Assembly (NCBI GenBank): GCA_964016885.1
Contig: OZ024741.1
Coordinates: 179,242,001 to 179,306,000, forward strand
From: Eledone cirrhosa
Taxonomy: Eukaryota
Length of the DNA: 64,000 nt
Direction of reading: 5' to 3'
The stretch's first letter is position 1. Each line of letters opens with the position of its first letter. Made by a program: the position numbers and the translations under genes. Below, piece after piece: positions 55,330-64,000 of this stretch. The notes under the pieces are model-generated. The model was not told where the DNA came from. It ran no database searches and saw only the letters and a list, made by a program, of their open reading frames with translations.

Positions 55330-55570
55330 GTATATTTCTGCTGTGTCCTGCAGTCAAGATGGCGAATGTATTGCCGTGTAGAACAGCCAGCGATACTCGC
55401 TGCATCATCCCTTCCACCTTACAAGGCTCCATCCTCCTGATTTGGCGGAGTAAAACTACAGCCGGTGTCAGTCCAGGTTCTGGGGACACTGGAAGTCTCG
55501 ATGGCGACCAGCACAAAACGAAAACGGTGCGTTCAAGTGTTGCCGCAAGAGAATATAGAGTAACCAAAAT
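55330..55570 (-). pseudogene. CRE-like REL-endonuclease LINE C-terminal remnant
   Basis: RFRFVLVAIETSSV and MQRVSLAVLHGNTFAIL resemble FVPVAIETxG / QRxSxAxxRGNA. Confidence 0.6.
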
Positions 55571-56874
55571 TGTACAAGTTTGGAGAATAAAGGCAGGCTT
55601 ACTAAGGTATCTACACAGAACTAAATGAACAATGAGAGGATACACTGCATACTGACTCTTTCTGGAGAAGTGTGTAGTAGACCGTGAATACACGTAGCTT
55701 AGTGGGTAGGGTGTTCGGCTCACTATCGTATAGTTATGCGTTCTATTTACGGCGGCGCGTTAAGTCTTTGGAAAAGACATACTTTAAGTTGCTCCAGTCC
55801 ACTCAGCTGGTAAAATTAGTTTAGTTGTACAAGTGATACAAAAGGCCAGCCTTTTCATAAACTGTATCACGTTGAATCTCCATGAGAAATGCTTTAAAGG
55901 TAGTCGTGTCTGTGGAATTCTCAGTGACTTACCAGTTCATTTCACAAGTAGGTTGTTCTGTTTTTCAAACAACAGGAACACACATCGTCAAAATAAACAC
56001 ACCTTCACACGCACGTGTAGCAGACCATGTCCGTTGCCACATCAAAATGGTTACGGTTTGCTAGGACCTAAAATATATACTTTTGAACCTATGTGGGCTA
56101 AATCTAACCAAAAGCTTAGCAAATGTTTCAATACCATTGTACTGAGTCCAAAAAAAACTAAAAATACTGCGTGCCCACCCTGTTCAATATTTATTAATGG
56201 TTTCTAACTTAGACACAAAGCCAGCAGTTTGGTGAGAGGGAAGAGTCGATTATATCGACCTCAGTACTTGATTGGTACTTTATGGCAGCATAAAATAGAA
56301 ATTTGACCTTGGTGGGAATTGAACTCATGATGTGAAGGGCCGGAACAAATACTTCAAAGGAATTTTGTCCGATGATCTACGAATTCTGCGGATCCACTGC
56401 TCCCACTCTTGCTTTATTAATGAGAAGACAATGTCGAATTATATTATTTAATGTGATATCATAATAGAATTATATCAGGATTATGATTTATAATAGAATT
56501 CTAACAGAATTGTGGCTATACAAATTCTTAATTTTATTAAAAATGGTAATTAGTCGGCTCAAGTTTCCTTCGATAGAATCTTTAATCTGTTAAACATCAA
56601 CTGTATCACAACGTCTGTTGGTTGATATGAAGATATTTTTCCTCTAGAGCATACTTTCACAATATGGCGATCGCGACCTTCCTGAAGGGGGTTAGGGTTG
56701 TGAATGAAATTAAGAATGTTTATTTTATTTTATATTTTAGCTATATTTGTTGGTTATTGCGATTTTTTTTCTGCAAAAAATCTTAAATAAAACTATACGG
56801 TTGTACATTTAAGAACAAATCCACAAATTTAAAACGTAATAATAACCATACCGAAAAATTCTGTCATATTAAAA

Positions 56875-57270
56875 TAATTGTTTCTACTTTGGACACAAGG
56901 CCAGCAATTACCCCAGTGTATTACTGGTGCTTTATTTTATCGACTCCGTAAGGATGAAAGCAAAGTTAACCTCGGTGGGATTTGAACTCAGAAAGTAAAG
57001 GGCCATAACTCTATGCTACAAAGCATGTTGTCTGACACCCTTCCGATACTGCCAATCCACCACCCTTAATCTGTCATATTAAAATAATGTTTTTTTTATT
57101 TAGACTCAAGGCCAACAATTTTGAGGGAGGGGCAAGTCGATTAAATCGGTCCCAGTGTGTTACTGGCACTTTATTTTATCGACCCCTTAAGGATGGAAGG
57201 CAAAGCTAAGCTCGGCGGGATTTGAACTCAGAACGTAAAGAACCGTAACTCTATGCCGTAAAGCATGTGG
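56875..57270 (-). mobile_element. Two tandem tRNA-derived SINE copies
   Basis: SINE bodies each preceded by the duplicated flank TCTGTCATATTAAAATAAT; further copies at 54250-54490 and 56200-56400. Confidence 0.82.
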
Positions 57271-59089
57271 GTCGCGATTTAAAAAGTTTTTGGTGGCCTG
57301 GCTCTAGAGAATATTTCTATCAACTATTTTTCCACAAGCCCACAGTCTCATCAGATGGGAACTTATTCTGGTTTTATTGGAATTAAATGACTGAGAGTAT
57401 AAGACACTCCTCTCTGCGATGCCACTCCGTTACTGGTACCCTTTTCTTTTTAGTTGAGTGGACTGGAACAACGTGAAAAGAAATGTCTTGCTCAAACACA
57501 CAACGTGCTACCTGGTCCAGGTATCGAACCTACGTTACGATCATCAAACCATTAGGCCGGGCGTTTTCTCAGTAAATACTGGGTACAATGGATTCTTATA
57601 CACTTTCCAATATCGTTAATCTGTCATTCTGGCAGATGATCGTCTAGCCTGGCTTTATTAATTATAATTTGACTGCAGTGTTAGAAATTTCAAGCTACAC
57701 ACACACGCACACATACACACTTACACTACAGATCAATACACGAGCACAAATACACATACACCAACACACACAACTCACCAACACACAGAGATCACAACAC
57801 ACTACACACACGTACAACACACAATACATATTCGCAGCGGCAAATCGGTCGAGTCTTTAGAGCGAAGAACAAAATACCTTGTTGTATTTGTTCCGACTCT
57901 CTACGCTCTGTTTTCAATTCTCGCCAAAATCAATGTTTGTCTTTCGTGTTTCTGGGGTTAATAAAATAAAATACCAGTCTGTGGTGGTGGATTAGTGGAA
58001 TTGTTAGAGTGTCAGACGAAATCTCTTGCGGTGTTTGGTCGGGAAATTTGCATTCTGGCATCAGTCCACAGAAGACTATAGTAGAAGAGTATCGCCCAAC
58101 GTGCCGCCTCGCAGTGGGATCGAACCCGACTTACCGTAGTTGCGAAGCGAATTTTTGACCCACACAGGCAGGTATACGCACCTATTTTGATATCTGAAGA
58201 AAATGTATATATAACGCTTTATGTGTCGGGGGATACCCTTAAACAGACGACCTAGTTCGAATATTTGCAATAGAGTGGATCCTGCAAAAGACATCGAAGG
58301 ACAAATTCACAAATATAAAACGTAATAATAACCATACCGAAACATTCTATCATTGAAATAATGTTTTCTGATTTTGGAGGACCAGGTGGTGGTATTGAAC
58401 CAAGCAACGAATTCAGTCTACCGTCCAAATAGAATCACATGGTGATTTGAACTCAAACCGCGATATAGCTGGAACAAATACCACCAGACATGTCATCTGA
58501 TGATCTAGCTGTTGCACAAATCCACTACCTTAGACTGGTACTTTATTTTATTGACACCGAAAAGATAAAAGGCAAAGTTGGCATCGTTTGCTGTAACAAA
58601 TACCGCAATGCATTTTGTCCTACGCCTACATAATTACTCTAGAACCGAAAATCAAGGGCGAAGACTATCATACATAAATGTTCAGTGTTGCCTCCCCTGT
58701 TTGCTCCACCCGGCCTGAATAACATTTGTTGTTTCTGTCTAAATATACTGTAATTACGCGAGCCAGTTCACGATCGCAAATCGTGAATTCGATTCCTGGA
58801 CCAGGCGACGTATTGTTCTTGGCGAAGCCACTTTATTTTACATTGTTCCAGTCCATTCAGCTGCCAAAAATGAGTTGCTCCTGAAATTCAAAGAACCAGC
58901 CTTGTCACACATTGTGCCACGCTGAATCTCTTTGCAAACTACATTAAGGGTATATGTATCTGTGAAATGCTCAGCCACTTTCACGTTAATTTCATGATCA
59001 GGCAAATCCTTTGATTAAATCAACTGGAGCACTTGTGGTCAGGGACGATGCAGGTCCAACGAGTTACACAGCGGAAACAATGTTTTCCA

Positions 59090-60590
59090 GCTTTTCCATT
59101 TTCGAAAAGAAGAGGGCTTAAAAAGCCTACCCGTCCTACTTACCAATCACAACCCCACAGATCTTGACATACCTCTAGTTGCTAAAACTCATTTCTATCA
59201 CTGTATCTGAAATTAATCATAGTCTTTGAACTCGCTCCTGTTCTATCTAAACTTCATAATTGCTCTGTTGATTCTCGCTTTCCATCCTGTTGAAAATTCT
59301 CTTGTTGTTCCAGTCTGATTCTTCTATCATCTTGTTAGTCTATTCGCTCTTTTTGGCAAAGTATTTGAGGATTTAATCAATTCTCAATTGGTTAAGCTTC
59401 TTACCTCACTGGGTCTTATTTCAGATATAAACAATATGGTTTTCGCTTCTCACAATCAATTATTGTTATTGCTGTGAGAGTTTGTCGTGCTTTAAACCTG
59501 GTGAAACTAGGGTTGTTGCTTTAGATATTTCTAAGGCTTTTGACAGGGTTTGGCATGCTGGTCTCCTTCATAAGTTGGGGGTTATGGTGTTTCTGAATGT
59601 ATTTTCAAATTGATTGAGACTTTCTTATCTAATCGTAAATTGAAGGTTGTCTTGAATGACAAGACTTTCCACATTAATGTAGGGATCCCTCAAGTCCTAT
59701 ACTGTTCTTAATTTTCAATTATTTTCCCGGTGACATATTTTCTTAGCTTGGTATCTATGCTGATGACACAACTTTCTATTCTTGTCTTAATGGTAAGTCT
59801 GGTATGTTGAATTGGCAGCTGATCTTGATAATGACCTTGTTGAGCGTGGCTTGTTACCTTTAATGTATCTAAGACTACACTGCTACATTTCAATCGCTAT
59901 AGAGAACCACTTTTGCCTTCTATTAGCATGGCTGATCATATCCTCCAAGAGAGCAGCACTATACGCATTCTTGGTCTGATATTTTCTAATGGTTTGAGCT
60001 GGAATTATTATATTACATCGATTGTCCCAAGTCTGCTGCCCAGAAAGTTGGTTCGCGCTGTCGTGACAAAAATGTTTTCACTCCTGAAAATATTTATCTT
60101 TATAAATCTATTATTTGTCCTTGTATTGAGTACTGTTGCCTCATCTCGTCTGGTTCTTCTGTCGTGCACCTAGATAGTCTATAGAAGAATCGTCAACATT
60201 ACTGGTCCTAACTCATCATGTCAGCTTCAGTCACTATCACACCGTCCAAATGTTGCCTTGCTTTTCCGTTTATAAATATTTTCATATGAATTGTTCTGAT
60301 GAGCTTTCCTTTTTGTTGTCTTGTCTTCCTGAGTTTAAACAAAGCACCAGATTTGCAGCTAAGTCTCATCAATTTTCAGTTGAAAGTCATATATGAAATC
60401 ACAAATTCTATTCTGATAGTTTCTTCCCTCATCTATGGAATTCTCTTCCAGCTTCTTGCAAAAAACCAAAGGCAACATAATCGTCATCATCTTGAATTAT
60501 GTACTCTCTGTCTTGTTCACCTCCCTTTTCAGTATCCTCTTGTATTTCAGTGGTTTTAATGTCATGCTTAGGGTGAGCAAATAAAAATCG
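59090..60590 (+). pseudogene. Decayed CR1/Jockey-group LINE RT and 3' end
   Basis: GKVFEDLINSQLVK, QYGFRFSQS, VVALDISKAFDRVWHAGLLHKL, FLSNRKLKVVLN, IYADDTT, IRILGLIFSNGLSW. Confidence 0.85.
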
Positions 60591-62069
60591 TTTACTTCAA
60601 GAGATAGCTTGTACACAAGGGAGACAACTTATACATCAAATATTTGATTTAGCTCCCTGTAACATTCCTGCTCTTTTATTTTTTTTTTTACGTGTTTTAA
60701 TGTCTGCTTCAGCAGAAATAATTTTAAAAAATAAAAAAATAAAAAAAAAAACCTTCCAGGCATGACTAGCTCATATTTTTATAAATTTAAAACTACAATT
60801 TCAAAACGCTGGGTGTGATCTACAGAATCTTGACTCTTATTCCTATCGAATCGAGTAACCATGTATAGACGAGTTCTTTTATCCGTGAAGGCACAATGTA
60901 TTGGGATTACAAATGTAAAGTCGCAGTGTGTGGTACTTCATTTCACGTTGCTCTAGTTTACTGGCATGAAAAAATGTGTATTAATGGTAGCTGAGGGTTA
61001 ACTCTGCGATGGACTGACGTCTTATCTAGCGATGCATTGGTCCTATCAGTCGCTTTAGGCTAAATACACCAGGATCAGCTCCAGTCCAGTGAGCCCTCTA
61101 CAGACTTTTGGATTCGTGATTACAAGGGGTGATGGTCTTAACAAAAACACTGTAACCAGAAACATTCAAAGTGTTTTTCATTCCTCTATAAGCAATAAAA
61201 TTACAAGGATGTTTCATTGTAGGTATATTAAATAGCAGGCAAAACGAAACTGAAATAAAGTGAAAGAAACTTCCTTATAAAATTAAACTGGATGAGATGC
61301 ACAAATCTTAGAGCCTTAGATTATTTCTTTTCTGGTATTGAGATTGATATCTGACTGTCACACCTTGTTCAGCTAATTTATTGATGAGTGGCAATTGACT
61401 ATAGTCTGTTGTAAGAGAGCAGGTCGGTATTGAAAAATATTCACAAATCATTCAGGTGTGTCAAGGACTTAATAGTAGTGGTGCCACAGTAAAATACACC
61501 CAGTACACTCTGTAAAGTGGTTGGTGATAGGAAAGGCATTCGGCTATAGAAACCATGCCGAAATTTAGAACACATTTCCAGGTAAGAACTGACTCGGGTT
61601 TTGACAATCCATCCAAGTAATGGCAGCATGGAAAGCAGACATAATATTATGACAATCTTTGGCGTATATGAGTAAGATTATGGAGACAAGCGAGAATCAG
61701 ACTGATCTATACACTGGTCTACAATGTTAGGCATTTGGTTATTTTGGAAGCTGAGATGCGAGTAGGAAAAAATAAAATAGAGCTGATCACCAAATCAGAC
61801 CAAGGAAATAATGCTTCCATTGGTTATTCTATTGCTGATACTAAAAGCTAATCACAACTACTGGCAGAAGGAAGTGGGATTTGAAGCATATCTTCCAAAT
61901 CTTTAACAACTCTGCCAATCAACTGTCCCAGTACTAATACTTTATTTATTGGCACCAAAAGAATAAAAGGCAAAGCTGACCTCAATGGATTTTAACTCAG
62001 AGCACATTTAACCCTTTCATGATCACATTTCTAATGAAATGTACTGTATTTCAATTACCGTATTTCAAT

Positions 62070-62234
62070 TACCGTATTTCCCGGCGCCAAAGACCCTTCG
62101 TCCTCGAGGATGCACTCTAATTTTGACAACCAAAAATTAAAAAAAAAATAACTTTCAGCCTCCAGCACACATGGTAGACTTTTTAGACTTATTTTAGGAA
62201 AAAAGTAGCGTCTTCGATGCCAGGAAATACGGTA
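62070..62234. mobile_element. Tc1/mariner-pogo-type MITE
   Basis: TA-CCGTATTTCCCGGCG ... TGCCAGGAAATACGG-TA terminal inverted repeats with TA TSD. Confidence 0.85.
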
Positions 62235-63334
62235 ATTAGTAAAAAATGTTGAAGGATTCACTAAAATTGTTATATTACTAAGAGAGCAACTTAATATATG
62301 GTTCTTATATCAAATTATACTGGAATATTTTAACTAAAATAGGAACCCTGGTTTCGTTTTATAGAAAGTTTGGTTGGGGCTGAGTTGGTATCAAAAGGAT
62401 TAATAAAATGCCCTAAAAACTCTGCCAATTTTATATTTTGAAAAAAAAATACTCATTTGAAACTGATGAAAAAAATCATAAATATATTTTATTATATAAA
62501 GAGAAATAAAATTGTTTTAAAAGGAGACAACTGCAAGCTGACATGCCTTGCTTTTGTCTAACTCTCCTCATCCGTGTCTGATAGAAGTAAGAGTTCATCT
62601 AAATCTGGTAATGTCATATTTTCAACTTCAGGTTGGAAAGAAGGCATCTGTGCTGAGTATAAAGCTGTCTCAAAGAGTCCTTGTTCTAGAAAAAAAAGGA
62701 AACGAGGAATTTAAGATTAACAAAAAGTTTTGGGCTTGTAAATGTTAAGCAAGTTAAATTATTTGAAGAGACATTTTAACCATTCAACAAAACACCAAAG
62801 CATACAAAAACCTAAGTTCAACAAGTGATTAACTCTTAACATCCTGTACCACATTAATCTGCATTAGCAAGACATTCTTGAAAAGTGTAAAACAACACTA
62901 TGTCTGAATCACATTAAAAACTAATGTCTTCAGTTTACAGTGAACTCTTACAATGATCTATCCACAAATACCAGCAATCAATACTGGCCAGTAACTAAAT
63001 TTCAAATAAGTTGATGTGAAATTGTCATTGATCAGGCCTCAAGAAGTGCAACAAAAGCCTTTTGTTAGCATATTTCTAATGAAATGCACTGCCAATGGGT
63101 TTCAATTAATTTTGAAAAATAAAAAAAATTAGAGGAATTTAGTAAAATAATTATATTTTTTCATTACTTTACAAAAATTTATTACAAGAAATTATGATGG
63201 GAAGTATTAATATAAGTATGAACACATTTGTGTCACAAAAGCAGAGGTGGTTTAAGGTATTTTGAGATCAAAAGGGTTTTTTTTTTTCGGGGGGGGGGGG
63301 GGGGGTTAATGTTTAAAATAACTCTTTCATAATA

Positions 63335-63520
63335 TAATTGTTTCTACTTTTGGCACAAGGCCAGCAATTACCCAGTGCATTACTGGTACTTTATTTTATC
63401 GACCACGTAAGGATGAAAGGCAAAGTTAACCTCGGCAGGATTTGAACTCAGAATGGCAAGGGCCGTAACTCTATGCGTCAAAGCATGGCGTCCGACCCTC
63501 TACCGATACTGCCAATCCAG
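63335..63520 (-). mobile_element. tRNA-derived SINE, full-length
   Basis: Reverse complement of 24470-24655. Confidence 0.88.
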
Positions 63521-63624
63521 GTCACAAAGAATATAATGAAAATTTAGACACAAAGATAAATGTGAAAAGTGTGTGTGAGTGCTGCTGAATAGCTAAAATG
63601 ATTTGCCCCCAATATTTATACATC

Positions 63625-63890
63625 ATAAAACATCCAGTCCACACTGTAAAGTGGTCATGTAGGTGTCACAACAAAAAGCACCCAACCCTCACTGTAAAGT
63701 GGTCGTGTAGGAGACACAGCAAAAAGCACCCAGCACCCACTGTAAATGTCGTTGGCGTTAGGAAGGGCATCCAGCCATAAAAAAAGCAGCTAAAAACAGT
63801 CCTATATGAGCGAGACACAGTCACCCGACCCAACTTGCCTCAAATGGAACAAACCCATCTAACCCATGCTAGCATGGAACAATGATGATG
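63625..63890 (+). repeat. Dispersed repeat with ~50-bp internal tandem duplication
   Basis: CACTGTAAAGTGGTC..AAAAAGCACCCA x2.3, then GTTGGCGTTAGGAAGGGCATCCAGCC..AGCATGGAA; related copy at 61490-61640. Confidence 0.65.
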
Positions 63891-64000
63891 ATAAAAGAAT
63901 ATGATAAAATATTTGATTCTGACATAAATTCCTTTAAGGAACAGCAACATTTACAACATTCCTGCACAAAAATGAAAAGTCCATGCATCCATCTCTTTGT

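Overview
AT-rich, gene-free eukaryotic repeat landscape. It is very likely a cephalopod (Octopus-like) intron or intergenic region; that is inferred from the SINE and microsatellite repertoire and cannot be proven here. No host protein-coding gene could be supported, and almost all listed ORFs are microsatellite artefacts or transposon debris. Recognisable elements are a near full-length R4/Dong-type (REL endonuclease) LINE inside a (TACA)n tract; decayed RTE, CR1-like, Ingi/Vingi-like and CRE-like LINEs; two Penelope-like (PLE) remnants; Tc1/mariner and hAT remnants and MITEs; more than 20 copies of a tRNA-derived SINE; and CORE-type SINEs. The most striking signal lies in the short (~100-350 bp) non-coding islands embedded in the (TA)n tracts. 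They fall into several repeated families that carry type I hammerhead ribozyme motifs. Intact examples are at 40797-40847, 33445-33495 and 15871-15909, a U3-A8 covariant core is at 32531-32568, and there are several split or half motifs. These islands are very often capped by copy-specific fold-back hairpins. This looks like a (TA)n-targeted, ribozyme-bearing, PLE-dependent non-autonomous retroelement system with fold-back 5' ends. Ribozyme folds were read by eye and no activity or database match has been tested.
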